A stretch of DNA of 64,000 bases from an uncultured bacterium (GTDB taxonomy: Bacteria; Chloroflexota; UBA5177; JANWHV01): positions 640,001 through 704,000 of the forward strand of contig CAVSOU010000010.1 in NCBI GenBank assembly GCA_963729625.1, read 5' to 3'. Positions within the stretch are counted from its first letter, which is position 1. Each line of letters starts with the position of its first letter. Both the position numbers and the translations under genes were made by a program. This document shows, piece by piece, positions 32,677 through 43,026 of this stretch. Below the pieces are notes generated by a model. The model was not told where the DNA came from, did not search any database, and saw only the letters and a list, made by a program, of their open reading frames with translations.

Positions 32677-34113
32677 TCACGGCCCAAAGGCAAGCAGCAC
32701 AGGAGGCCCAAGCTTGCCGCCATGCTGCACCGACTTGATGCTTTCAAAGATGATCCCGCCCCCGACTATAAGATTTCGGGCGGATGCCGACGGGAACGGC
32801 GGCTTCAACTCGCGAAGCACCACCCCCGTGTCCCGGTCCAGCAGGGCAATTCGGCCGTCATCGGCCTGAACGATGACCAGGTTGCCACTCACAGCCAGCG
32901 AACCCGAAGAAATGGAATTCAGGCCAGGTAAAGGCGTCGTCCACAGCATATGCCCGTCCTTGGCGCTGCGCGCGTCGACGAAGCCGGGGCGGAGACCAAA
33001 CATGATCTCAGGCAGTGCGGCTCCGAAAAGGGTGTCCCTGGCCGTCCATGTCAACTTGCCGAACCTGTCATAGGCCCTGACCGACGCACGCAAATTATCC
33101 GATCGACCCGTGAGCAAACCTGCGTAGACCCTGTCGCCCGCGGCACTCCACGCAATGGCGCCGAGTTTCTTGAGTACGCGAAACTGGTAACCATTCGCGG
33201 CGTCGATCACATAGGTATCAGCGCTCCCGAACGCCCCGAAGCTAAGGTAGAGTGTCCCGTAGGCTAGACACGGTACGGACGTGAAGCTGCCGGGATGCTC
33301 CCAGACCTTGCTCCCTGTCACCGCATCGAAAGCGTAGTACTGGGCAATAGTTGTCGACGACGTCGCCCCGGACCCGGTGTAGATACGACCGCCGCTCACG
33401 ATCAGTGACGAAAACGAAGGGGCCATGGTCCCCGCGGAATCTGTCGCCGAGCCTGCCCAGCCCGCGGTCTCCGCAGTGACGATGCGAATCTCCGAAAGGC
33501 GGTTGATGTAGAGGTAGGGTGACGCATAGGCAAGTCCCACGACGCCTGACGTTTGATACTGGTAACGAGGCGTGCCCATGGCCGCGTCGAACGAGGCCGC
33601 GTGCCCGCTTGCATCCAGGGCATAGAGAACGCCTTGTGCCTCGATTTGCGGCGTGAGTCCCTGCGCCTGCCAGCGGAGGTGAAGTAGTGGTATGGCGCCT
33701 GGAACGATGCTGCCAAGTGGATCTGCGTAGCTCTGCCCTGCATCGTGTCCAACCATCGGCCACGCGGCGGCGAGCGAGTAATGTGTGACGATCGGCGTTA
33801 CAGGCGCCTGGGTGAGTGTCACGGTTGCCGATGCCGTCGTCACAGCCCTGGCCAGGCGTGGGGTTGGCGATAGCGTCCGTGCCGAGCTGCCGCGCGCGAA
33901 CGGCGTGGCCTCGGCACGTACCTCCGCTCTCCATGCGATCAATGGGGAAGATGACGGAAGCCCTGAACGGAATGAAGCAGTCCATGCGGACGCGTCCAGC
34001 GTAAACAATACTCCGGCGACAAGGACAAAGCTACAGGCGATACGGACGGATATGCGCCAAGCCGGGCGGCCACAGGGGCGCACTACGAGCACTCCTCGCA
34101 GATGACTTGTCAA
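32677..34113 (-). CDS. Secreted PQQ-binding-like beta-propeller repeat protein
   Basis: Hydrophobic N-terminus; WPMVGHD; repeated AFDAxTGxxxW-type motifs; start uncertain. Confidence 0.75.
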   Translation of the reverse strand: MTSHLRGVLVVRPCGRPAWRISVRIACSFVLVAGVLFTLDASAWTASFRSGLPSSSPLIAWRAEVRAEATPFARGSSARTLSPTPRLARAVTTASATVTLTQAPVTPIVTHYSLAAAWPMVGHDAGQSYADPLGSIVPGAIPLLHLRWQAQGLTPQIEAQGVLYALDASGHAASFDAAMGTPRYQYQTSGVVGLAYASPYLYINRLSEIRIVTAETAGWAGSATDSAGTMAPSFSSLIVSGGRIYTGSGATSSTTIAQYYAFDAVTGSKVWEHPGSFTSVPCLAYGTLYLSFGAFGSADTYVIDAANGYQFRVLKKLGAIAWSAAGDRVYAGLLTGRSDNLRASVRAYDRFGKLTWTARDTLFGAALPEIMFGLRPGFVDARSAKDGHMLWTTPLPGLNSISSGSLAVSGNLVIVQADDGRIALLDRDTGVVLRELKPPFPSASARNLIVGGGIIFESIKSVQHGGKLGPPVLLAFGP

Positions 34114-34153
34114 CGACTCAGGAGCGGGACCGCGATGACTCTAGATTACTATA

Positions 34154-34990
34154 TCAGGGCTGCGGCCACAGTAATCCCTCGAGGACCTTGGCCACGCCGT
34201 CGTCCGTGTTGGGCGGCGCGACAATGTCCGCCATTGCCAGGACCTCATCGTCGGCATTGCCCATCGCCACCCCCGTGCCGGCGATCCGGAGCAGGTCGAT
34301 ATCGTTGTGACTGTCGCCAAACGCGATCACCTGTTCGGGAGCGAGGCCAAGGGTTTCCATCACCAGCCTGAGTGCCGCGCCCTTGGACACCGCCGGGTGC
34401 AGGAACTCGAGCAAGACAGCATCAGTTCTCGTCACATAGAGCTGAGCGCCAAACGCCGCCTCGGCCACCGGACGCAATGTGTCAATGCGGTCGGGTGGCG
34501 CGGTCGCGACGATCTTGATGGCCGGCAAATGCAGCACCTCATCGAAGCCGCCCACCTCATACGCTCGCGGCATGCCTGGGGGCACAAGTGCATATTCGAG
34601 GCTGGATCGGTGAAGCACGTAAATGTCATGCTCCGAGAAATACGACGTGAATACATGCTCATCGCGCAGAAAGTCTATCACGGGGCGAACAAGGCTTGCG
34701 GGCAACGCTTGCAGGTACACGGGCCGTGCGGTGACCGGGTCGATTACCGCTGCGCCGTTATACGTAATCTGCGGCCCATTCAGGGAGAGCCCGTCGACGA
34801 AGTACCGCGCCATGGAATAGCTTCGACCGGTGGCAATCGCGACCGCTATGCCTTCGGCCTGTGCGCGTTCCAATGTGCCGCGGGTCCGCACGGAGACCTG
34901 CTTCCGGCCGTCGAGGAGAGTACCGTCGAGGTCCAATACGATCAGCTTGTATCGGCCTGGCAATGAAGCCTCACAATCTACGATGTGCAT
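34154..34990 (-). CDS. Cof-type HAD-IIB hydrolase
   Basis: LDLDGTLL, ATGRS, VSKGAAL, AFGDSHND, NTDDGVA; start uncertain. Confidence 0.93.
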   Translation of the reverse strand: MHIVDCEASLPGRYKLIVLDLDGTLLDGRKQVSVRTRGTLERAQAEGIAVAIATGRSYSMARYFVDGLSLNGPQITYNGAAVIDPVTARPVYLQALPASLVRPVIDFLRDEHVFTSYFSEHDIYVLHRSSLEYALVPPGMPRAYEVGGFDEVLHLPAIKIVATAPPDRIDTLRPVAEAAFGAQLYVTRTDAVLLEFLHPAVSKGAALRLVMETLGLAPEQVIAFGDSHNDIDLLRIAGTGVAMGNADDEVLAMADIVAPPNTDDGVAKVLEGLLWPQP

Positions 34991-35062
34991 CGACACGAAC
35001 AGGCTCATTGCGGGAAATAGTAGCAGAGCCGTCAAGGACTGGAGAGCACCGGTGCGCGACTG

Positions 35063-36235
35063 CTAGTCCCTCCTTCGGAATTGCGCCGTTATTCCCGACG
35101 TGAGCAGCGGAAACAGCGGCTGCTGCGCCGGCGCCGGCTTCGGCATAAGGCCTGACACGCGAAGCCCAAATAGCCTGATAGGTTCCCGCCGCCAGTGCTC
35201 ACGCATCAAATCGGCAGCAACTACGGCAATCCGTTCCGCGCTGTCAAACTGCTCGGGCAGCGTGCGGTCGCGCGTGAGCAGTCGCCAATCCTCCAGCCTT
35301 AGCTTGATCCCGACTGTCCGAGCGACGAGCCCCTGCGCTTCGAGACGAACTGCCAGTTCACTCGCCATGCCCTGGAGCAAGACCCAGAGGCGCCTGGCGT
35401 TCGTCTCGCCGCGACCAAATGTCTGTTCGCAGCTAATCGACTTGTAGGTACGCCCACCTACGAGCGGACTATCGTCGACGCCCATGGCGTATTCATGAAG
35501 CTCGGTTGCCCTGCGAGGGCCGAACGTTTCCGCAAGGTCGCGCGGATCACGCGCGGCAAGCTCGCCGAGCGTGGCAAGGCCGAGCCCGTTCAATCGTTCG
35601 GCCGTGCGTGGTCCCACGCCCCACAAAACACCGACTGGGAGCGGTGCGAGGAACCGGGCCTGCGTGCCCGGCGGGACGACGACCAAACCTCGAGGCTTTC
35701 CCTGATTCGTAGCGATCTTGGCCACCAGCTTGTTTGGCCCGATACCAAACGAACACGGCAGGCCGATTTCGTGGAATATAGCAGACCGTGCTGAGATGAG
35801 TGCGGGCCAAGACTGTGCCAGGCCGCCAAGCTGAACAAACGCCTCGTCAATACTGATCTGCTGGAAAGTGCCCGATATGCCGTGAAGGACGGCCATCACG
35901 CGCGCGGAATACGCACCGTACAGTGCGCGCCGTACTGGAAGCGCAATCAGGTTCGGACAGAGCCGGCGGGCCGCCACGAGACTCTGAGCGCTCCTGACGC
36001 CGAGAGCGCGAGCCGCATAGGAGGCCGAAGCCACTGCGCCGTGCCCCTGCTCATCCAGGCCCATGACCACCGCGATCGGCTTATCCGCGATCGCCGGATC
36101 CTCTCGCTGCTCCACGGACGCGTAGAAACTGTCAAGATCCATGTGCGCAACACATCGGGCTCCGGCAGCCCATTCCGGCGCGTCGAGCTGTGATTCGGCG
36201 TCGATTTGGCGGCGGTACTCGTGCGATGCATCCAT
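35063..36235 (-). CDS. dinB: DNA polymerase IV (Y family)
   Basis: HMDLDSFYASVE, ASYAARALGV, SIDEAF, NKLVAKIA, GKPRG. Confidence 0.95.
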   Translation of the reverse strand: MDASHEYRRQIDAESQLDAPEWAAGARCVAHMDLDSFYASVEQREDPAIADKPIAVVMGLDEQGHGAVASASYAARALGVRSAQSLVAARRLCPNLIALPVRRALYGAYSARVMAVLHGISGTFQQISIDEAFVQLGGLAQSWPALISARSAIFHEIGLPCSFGIGPNKLVAKIATNQGKPRGLVVVPPGTQARFLAPLPVGVLWGVGPRTAERLNGLGLATLGELAARDPRDLAETFGPRRATELHEYAMGVDDSPLVGGRTYKSISCEQTFGRGETNARRLWVLLQGMASELAVRLEAQGLVARTVGIKLRLEDWRLLTRDRTLPEQFDSAERIAVVAADLMREHWRREPIRLFGLRVSGLMPKPAPAQQPLFPLLTSGITAQFRRRD

Positions 36236-36388
36236 ATACTAAGCGTACAGCGGAGCTCGGGGGGTGGCGGGGAGTTATGCACTTGAGCGCGTTCAGCGCG
36301 TCAAGGTACCCTTGTATGCAAACATTGACTGGCCGCATCGTTGTACATCCATGATCGGGATGCCCTCCGTTGTCGGTGAGGTGCGCGA

Positions 36389-37324
36389 GTGCTTGACGTA
36401 TGCTTGCTGGGGTGTGGTGGCACCCAGCCCCTACCGGGGCGCCGCCTTTCGTCCGCACTTGTGCGGTATCGCGGACGCCTGGCGCTCGTCGACTGTGGAG
36501 AGGGCACGCAGGTGGCCATGCGTGAGCGCGCATGGGGATTGCGCAACCTGGACGCGATCTTCCTCACGCACATGCACGGGGACCACGTTCTCGGGCTGCC
36601 CGGCTTGCTGCTCACACTTGCCTTTACGGGTAAGGAAGAAAACGAGCGTTTGGTAATATGCGGGCCAGAGCCGATGATCGACGTCGTGAGCAGCCTGATG
36701 GTCGTGGCACCGCGTCTGCCGTTCCCGGTTGATCTGGTCGTCCTGGCGGGCGGCGAGCATTTCGAGCTTGACGGGCTCACCGGCCTGACAATCGATTGCT
36801 GCGCTGTACAACACGACGTGCCGTGCCTCGCCTACTCGTTCTCGCTGGCGCGCGCTCCACGGTTTGACCGGGAGCGAGCTGAGGCGCTCAGCGTGCCAAA
36901 GGCGGACTGGCGAACTCTGCAAGGCGGCAAGGAGGTTCGAGTGAACGGACGACTGGTTGGGCCAACGGCCGTGCTCGGCCCACCCAGACACGGCCTTCGC
37001 GTCGTCATGGCAACCGATCTTCGGCCGGATTCGGCCATCACGTCGTTCATCCACGCGGGTGGAGAAGGTGCGGATCTGCTCATAGCAGACGCGATGTATC
37101 CGACTGAGGCGGATGCGCCGAAGCGCTGGAAGCTCCGGCACATGACGTTCGCCGAGGTGGCCATGCTCGCTCGTGACGGCAATGCTCGCCTTCTTTGGCT
37201 GACGCACTTTGGACCGGCGCTCGCCGACCCGGAAGCGCAACTTCACCACGCAACAGAGATCTTCTCACGTACAGTTGCCGGCTATGACGGGCTCACCTCC
37301 ACGCTGGCCTTCGCCGAGGAGTGA
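36389..37324 (+). CDS. rnz: Ribonuclease Z
   Basis: DCGEGTQ, THMHGDHVLGLPG, flexible arm (LQGGKEV...VLGPPR), HMT, LTHF. Confidence 0.9.
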   Translation: MLDVCLLGCGGTQPLPGRRLSSALVRYRGRLALVDCGEGTQVAMRERAWGLRNLDAIFLTHMHGDHVLGLPGLLLTLAFTGKEENERLVICGPEPMIDVVSSLMVVAPRLPFPVDLVVLAGGEHFELDGLTGLTIDCCAVQHDVPCLAYSFSLARAPRFDRERAEALSVPKADWRTLQGGKEVRVNGRLVGPTAVLGPPRHGLRVVMATDLRPDSAITSFIHAGGEGADLLIADAMYPTEADAPKRWKLRHMTFAEVAMLARDGNARLLWLTHFGPALADPEAQLHHATEIFSRTVAGYDGLTSTLAFAEE

Positions 37325-37424
37325 GGGAGCGGCTATGGCGTAGACTCAGCGGCGCAGTGCAGGCAGCAGGCCATCTCTGCTATCGTATTGGGTATACAGC
37401 GTGAGCAGATTGAGGAGGATCTGG

Positions 37425-38327
37425 GTGGCTCGCTTTCGCCAGGCAATGATCGACGACATAGAACCGGCTAGCGAGGTGTACAGGCGCACTCTAGAAGACG
37501 CACGACATCTGGCGCACAGACCGTCCCCGGATCAGCGTTGGTTTGAAGATCGCGCCTGGTGGGAGCACCTTCTCCGAAGCAGCAAAGGCGGGTTCTGGGT
37601 CGCAGAGGAGGGTAGTGTTCTGGTTGGTATCTCCTGCGCCATCATCCGCGATGGCGAGTGGTTGCTTACCCACCTTTGCGTCGTCCCAGATCGCCAGGGC
37701 CACGGCGTCGGGCGCGGCCTGCTCGAACGGGCCCTTCGCAATGCGCGAGGCACGGACCGACACGCTGCGTGCGCGGGTGGCAGTCACTTCGCCAGCTCCA
37801 GTCTCCTCATGCGCCATGGACTATATCCTGCGCGAGACGTCATTGGGCTCCAGGGCCCCGTCAGCATATTCGAGCGGATGCGCGCGAACGCCGATGGCCT
37901 CGTCGCCGAGCCGTTCGGAGCGCACTCGACGTCAATCATCGGTCACATCGACGCACTCGACCGCCTGGTGCGCGGCGCAGGACGGAGCGACGATCATAAG
38001 TTCTGGATTGACCTGGGTATGCGCGGGCTTCTGTTCAGACGACATGGCCAGATCGTTGGCTACGGCTTTTGCAGTCCGTGGGGTGGCATCGGTCCGGTTG
38101 CCGCGCAGCATGAAAGTGACCTGCCGGCTATGCTGGAGCGCTGCGGTGCGCTGCTCATCGAGCAGGGAGTGACGGAGACGTCGCTGCTCGTGCCAGGCAT
38201 CAATCAAACGGTACTGTCGCTCCTGCTCCTGCACGGTTTTCGGCAGACATCGCTCGAGCTCTACTTGGCGACGCGTCCGGCAGGTGACTGGAGCCACTAT
38301 CTTCTCTTTCACAGCGCGCTACCGTGA
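37425..38327 (+). CDS. GNAT family N-acetyltransferase (tandem GNAT)
   Basis: SD GAGGAGG; acetyl-CoA motif VVPDRQGHGVGRGLL; second domain IGPVAA. Confidence 0.85.
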   Translation: MARFRQAMIDDIEPASEVYRRTLEDARHLAHRPSPDQRWFEDRAWWEHLLRSSKGGFWVAEEGSVLVGISCAIIRDGEWLLTHLCVVPDRQGHGVGRGLLERALRNARGTDRHAACAGGSHFASSSLLMRHGLYPARDVIGLQGPVSIFERMRANADGLVAEPFGAHSTSIIGHIDALDRLVRGAGRSDDHKFWIDLGMRGLLFRRHGQIVGYGFCSPWGGIGPVAAQHESDLPAMLERCGALLIEQGVTETSLLVPGINQTVLSLLLLHGFRQTSLELYLATRPAGDWSHYLLFHSALP

Positions 38328-38568
38328 TGCCACTTTAGCTTGCGCTGGATATGGCGTCATCTCGGCTTGAATCCCAGGTTCCTGGAGATCGCCGCGACAC
38401 TGCTGACGCGACAGGCGTGACTTTTCGTCCTTGACGCCACTGGCATCATCCAGCACAATTGTGCCCCAACGCTGTCAACTCCGCCTTCCATCGCAGTACG
38501 ATGATGTGGCGAGAGCCTCACTCCATGGCAGTCCCGAGGACACGACGAGTGCGTCACGACACGGAACA

Positions 38569-40233
38569 ATGACTATCGACCCGCCCGACCCTGCACCGAG
38601 TTCGGACGACAACCGTCCCGCGAACGGTCAAAGCCGCCATGACGTCGAGACGGCTGCACCGGGCGCCAAGAGGCACAGGCAGAGTGTCGCTCCGGAAGGT
38701 GGGACAACACGAAGCAGTCGCACGGCCCTAATCGCCGGCACAGTGTTCGCACTCATGGCCATCGGGGTGGGCGCCGTGGTGATTTGGCATACTCGCCAGA
38801 CGAGCAATGCGCGTCACACACCTGACGTCGACGATGTAGACATCAACAGTGTGGTGGGACGCAGGAGAGAGCGAAGCCGGGGCGCTGAGCTCGCCGCCAG
38901 CGCAATGCTCGCGCTCTTCGCCATCGTGGTGGGCTCAATGCTCATTGTCCATGCGCGCCGGCCGACGGCCGGGCGCCCCGAGTCGTGCAGGGCAGAAGCG
39001 GGCGCCAACACCTGCTTGACACACGTAACGACGTCGCGAGCGGCCACCGTTCCAACCTCCTTGAGGGGTCTCCATGCCAGAACCTCGCTTCCTGTCCGGG
39101 CCACTTCGCCCGTGCCCGCGCGATCACCTTACCCGACGGTCGGAATGGCGACCAGCGTGGCCGTGCCTCCGCTTCAACGTGTTTACGCGGACATACCGGG
39201 GCCGAGCCTGGCTCGCAGCCCGCGGCATCGGTACATCGACTGGCAAGCGCCCGCATCGCCCCCGACACCCAATGAATCCATGTTCGGCGCGGCGCCCACG
39301 CGTCAGACTGCTTCGACAATTTCCCTAGTCACCGGGGCGGGACCGACGACCACTGCCGTGCCGGTGGCCGCGGTCTCGGCGACATCGTCGGCCACGCCTA
39401 CCCCTGAGTTCGTGGAATTGTCCGGTGCTGCGGCGTCCCTGGCGCCAAGCGCGACGTCGACATCACCCGTCCCGGCCGCCGCGAGCACGCCGCGGTCACC
39501 ATCCATTGCGCCGACGCCGATCGCACCGACGACCGGGCCAACGCAGACCTTCCGCGCGGACACGCCGGTTCCTACCACGGCGGCCTCACCGTCGTTCTCA
39601 CCCACGCCTTCACTGCGGTTCACGGCGGCCGCGCCGTCATGGTCGGCCACGCCCACCCTGGGACTGACGCCGACCTGGACGGCGTCGAGCACTGTCACGC
39701 TCACTCGTCAGTTCACGGCGACCTCGACGGCGTCGAGTACTGCGACGACGAGCCCCACGGTCGCCGTCACATGGACACCCGAAGCAACAGACACGTCGAG
39801 CGATACGCCGACGACCACCCCGTCGCCCACGCCCAGCCCCACGCCGGCTGATATCGGCATGCACTACACATATGTCGTGACAAGTACCGCGATCACCCTG
39901 GCCTGGCGCACCACGTACGCCAGCTACTTCACCATCGATGGCGTCCGGGAGCCTGTCAACGGGACTCGAGCATATCCCCTGGCGACGCACACCTATATTC
40001 TGGTAGCTACCAGCCTCGACGGCACACAACGCCGGATCCAGCCAATCGTGGTAGCTTTGGAGGGTTGCACGGCGAGGCTCAACAACCAGAAGCTGAGCCT
40101 GACGGGCCCGCGGTGCCATGACGGCCTGCGGTTGCTTGCTGCTACGCCCACAGACACGCCACGCGTCGTGCAAACCGGCACGCCGACGCTATCCACGGGT
40201 GAGAGTCCGACCGCGACGACCTTCCATGGGTGA
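38569..40233 (+). CDS. Hypothetical membrane-anchored Thr/Pro/Ser-rich protein
   Basis: Two similar TM segments, long T/P/S/A low-complexity tract, short C-terminal beta-rich domain; start uncertain. Confidence 0.6.
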   Translation: MTIDPPDPAPSSDDNRPANGQSRHDVETAAPGAKRHRQSVAPEGGTTRSSRTALIAGTVFALMAIGVGAVVIWHTRQTSNARHTPDVDDVDINSVVGRRRERSRGAELAASAMLALFAIVVGSMLIVHARRPTAGRPESCRAEAGANTCLTHVTTSRAATVPTSLRGLHARTSLPVRATSPVPARSPYPTVGMATSVAVPPLQRVYADIPGPSLARSPRHRYIDWQAPASPPTPNESMFGAAPTRQTASTISLVTGAGPTTTAVPVAAVSATSSATPTPEFVELSGAAASLAPSATSTSPVPAAASTPRSPSIAPTPIAPTTGPTQTFRADTPVPTTAASPSFSPTPSLRFTAAAPSWSATPTLGLTPTWTASSTVTLTRQFTATSTASSTATTSPTVAVTWTPEATDTSSDTPTTTPSPTPSPTPADIGMHYTYVVTSTAITLAWRTTYASYFTIDGVREPVNGTRAYPLATHTYILVATSLDGTQRRIQPIVVALEGCTARLNNQKLSLTGPRCHDGLRLLAATPTDTPRVVQTGTPTLSTGESPTATTFHG

Positions 40234-40258
40234 GACGTGAGCCTGGTCTCCTGTCAGC

Positions 40259-40954
40259 CTACCCGACGATGCGAGCCTGAAGTGCCTCAGGACGGACCAG
40301 CACGATCCTGCGATCATCCATCGCGATCAGGCCCTTGTCCGCGAACCAGTGCAGCAACCGATTCACGCTGACGCGAGTTGCGCCAACCATCCCGCCGAGC
40401 TCGGTCTGCGTTATGTGAAGATCAATCTCTACTCCTCGGGCGGTCTTCTTGCCGTAGTCTTCGCCCAGACGCAGCAGCGTGCGCGCGAGCCTACCCGGGA
40501 TGTCGAGAAACATCAGATCTTCGACCTGCGTGGTCAACCTTCGAACGCGCCCCGCGAGTTCGCTGAGCAAGATGAGCGCCGCCTCCGGCTGTTCATGCAA
40601 GAAAGACACAAACGAACCGCGATCGAGCGTCAGCACGCGCGAGGCCTCCAGCGCCGTGGCAGTGGCCGAGCGCGGCGCTCCGTCGAGCAGCGCCAGCTCG
40701 CCGAAGACGTCCCCAACACTGTGGACGTTGAAGACTGCCTCCTTACCTTCGCTGGAGAAGACGCTGATCTTGATGCGGCCGGCTTTCACAAGGAAGAGGC
40801 TGTTGCCTGGATCGTCTTTGTGAAACAGAATCTCGCCCCGACGGTATGAGCGCACCCGCACACGACCTGCCAACGCGGTCACCGCGGAGTCAGACAGGCC
40901 CGCGAACAACGTGATCTGGCGCAAGGCAACTTGGTTCATCAAGGCAAGCGGCAT
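40259..40954 (-). CDS. Crp/Fnr family transcriptional regulator
   Basis: cNMP-binding GDVFGELALLDGAPRSAT; HTH TQTELGGMVGATRVSVNR. Confidence 0.95.
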   Translation of the reverse strand: MPLALMNQVALRQITLFAGLSDSAVTALAGRVRVRSYRRGEILFHKDDPGNSLFLVKAGRIKISVFSSEGKEAVFNVHSVGDVFGELALLDGAPRSATATALEASRVLTLDRGSFVSFLHEQPEAALILLSELAGRVRRLTTQVEDLMFLDIPGRLARTLLRLGEDYGKKTARGVEIDLHITQTELGGMVGATRVSVNRLLHWFADKGLIAMDDRRIVLVRPEALQARIVG

Positions 40955-41063
40955 GAAATATCCTTCATTGGATACTATCGACTTCGACTCACGCTCCCAT
41001 CGGGCAACACGCGCCGCTCAACGAATTGTAGGCTGGCAGCAGCGCGCTGGTCAATCGCCGAGC

Positions 41064-41405
41064 TCACCCCTCGCCGAGCGTCCGCTCCATCAGGCTGAGG
41101 GTCGCTCGAAGCCGCTCGAGGAGTGGCGCGCTCGTTGACCCACCGTCGATCGCGTCTTCGATGGCCTCTTCCACCGCATCCATCATGGCAAGAACGACGT
41201 CGACAATAACGGGAGTGTACACATGTGCCCGCTGAATCCGCTCGACTCTGCCATCCGCGGACACCATCACGTCGGCGTTGTCGTCGTCGGAGCGCAGCGC
41301 CAGTCCCGGACGGTTACTGCCCATACCACTGGCTTCGGCAACGCTCGAGAAGTACGCGTCCGACAACAGTGGATGCTCCCCGTATGTACAAAAGGTGGGA
41401 TTCAT
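41064..41405 (-). CDS. Hypothetical protein
   Basis: SD GGAGG directly upstream; protein-like composition; same strand as the Crp gene. Confidence 0.55.
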   Translation of the reverse strand: MNPTFCTYGEHPLLSDAYFSSVAEASGMGSNRPGLALRSDDDNADVMVSADGRVERIQRAHVYTPVIVDVVLAMMDAVEEAIEDAIDGGSTSAPLLERLRATLSLMERTLGEG

Positions 41406-41529
41406 AATCCTCCATAGAACATGCTACGATGCGAAGCAGCATGGTCAACCTGGGCGTAATCCGGGCACGACTCACAGGTCATGCTACAGGAGCAGGATAC
41501 ATGCGCGCTATTCGAAGCGGGTGCTGTGG

Positions 41530-43026
41530 ATGGATGTAACACAGCAGTGCCCTGCCTGCGGTGCTCAAGCCTCCTCAGAGGCTATGTTCTGTGCAGCGTG
41601 CGGTTCGCGGCTCGCACGAATCGACGGTTCAAGGGAGACCGGGGACCGCTCTCCAGCCGTTCTCGCGCGCGGAGCCGGGATCGACCAGGGTGCACGCGCA
41701 CATCAGGCCCCCAGCCATAGCTGGGCCCGGCACCTATCGCTTCCGCCGCAACCACTCGAGGCAGGCGCGCTCTTGGCCCGACACTACCGGATTGTCCGCG
41801 CGCTCAAGTCCGGCGGTATGGGCGCGGTCTACCTGGCCTCCGACGATGAGCATCCCGGGCGAAGCACAGCGATCAAGGAGATGTTGGACCATTTTGCCAC
41901 TGAAGCCGAACGCGAAGAGGGTGAGGATTGGTTCCGACGAGAAGCGACGATGCTTGCCTCCTTGCAACACAAGTTCATACCGCGTATCTACGACTACTTC
42001 ATTGAGGACTGGCGCTATTACCTGGCAATGGAGTATGTCTCGGGTGAGAACCTGGAAGACCTCCTCCATCGCACCGGCACGCCCGGCATGCCCGAACAAC
42101 TCGTGCTTGGGCTCGGCGCGCAGGCGTGCGAGGTGTTGAGCTATCTCCATCGCCAGACACCGCCGGTGATCTTCAGGGACCTCAAGCCAGCCAACATCAT
42201 GCTCACCGCAAATGGTGAGATTCGGCTGGTCGACTTTGGCATTGCGCGCAGTTTCTCCGGTGTTCGCGGCAACTCGCTCGTAGGCACGCCCGGTTATGCG
42301 CCTGTCGAACAGTATCAGGGACTCTCAGACGAGCGCAGCGACCTGTTCTCGCTCGGCGCCACCTTGCACCACCTGCTCACAGGCTGCGATCCACGCGACG
42401 AGCCACCATTCTCCTTCAAGCCGGTGCGCTCGTACGTCCCCAGCATAAGCAGGGCCACGGAGCACCTCCTCGCAAACGTCTTGAGCAAAGATCCGGCGGA
42501 CAGGGGTCCCAAAGTCGAGGAGCTGGGCCGGCAGCTACGCAGGATCGAGGCAGACTTGTCGCTGGGAACCGTACCTGCCGTGATCGACGCTATGGCTTTC
42601 CGGGCTCCCGGAGGGCAAATGCCTCCGACGAGCATGGTGCTGCCGACCCGAGTACTGGATTTCGGCTCCCAACCCAGGAATGCACGGCACGCAATGAGTC
42701 TGCCCGTGTGCAATGAAGGCAAAGCTGAACTGCGGGTGGTCGTGCGCGCAAACGCCTCCTGGCTGCAGACGCCCAAGGGCCAGGTGCGCGTTCCACCGGG
42801 CGCGGTTGTTCAGGTGCCGGTTGCGGTGAATACCGGCGAGCTGAGCGGTGGGACCTACAAGGCGCGCCTCGAGCTGGATGGCAATGGTGGACTGGGAAAT
42901 ATTCCTGTACACGTGCAGGTCGGCTCGCGATGGACCGTAGGCGGTACCGTCATTCTTCTGCTTGTCGCCGCGTTCACGAGCCTCGCCGTCCTGATAGCAA
43001 TGCACCTCATCGTGTTGACGCACTGA
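41530..43026 (+). CDS. Ser/Thr protein kinase with N-terminal zinc ribbon, BACON/Ig-like domain and C-terminal TM
   Basis: CPACG...FCAACG; GGMGAVY, AIKE, FRDLKPAN, DFGIA, GTPGYAP; ASWLQ-type Ig segment; hydrophobic C-terminus. Confidence 0.93.
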   Translation: MDVTQQCPACGAQASSEAMFCAACGSRLARIDGSRETGDRSPAVLARGAGIDQGARAHQAPSHSWARHLSLPPQPLEAGALLARHYRIVRALKSGGMGAVYLASDDEHPGRSTAIKEMLDHFATEAEREEGEDWFRREATMLASLQHKFIPRIYDYFIEDWRYYLAMEYVSGENLEDLLHRTGTPGMPEQLVLGLGAQACEVLSYLHRQTPPVIFRDLKPANIMLTANGEIRLVDFGIARSFSGVRGNSLVGTPGYAPVEQYQGLSDERSDLFSLGATLHHLLTGCDPRDEPPFSFKPVRSYVPSISRATEHLLANVLSKDPADRGPKVEELGRQLRRIEADLSLGTVPAVIDAMAFRAPGGQMPPTSMVLPTRVLDFGSQPRNARHAMSLPVCNEGKAELRVVVRANASWLQTPKGQVRVPPGAVVQVPVAVNTGELSGGTYKARLELDGNGGLGNIPVHVQVGSRWTVGGTVILLLVAAFTSLAVLIAMHLIVLTH

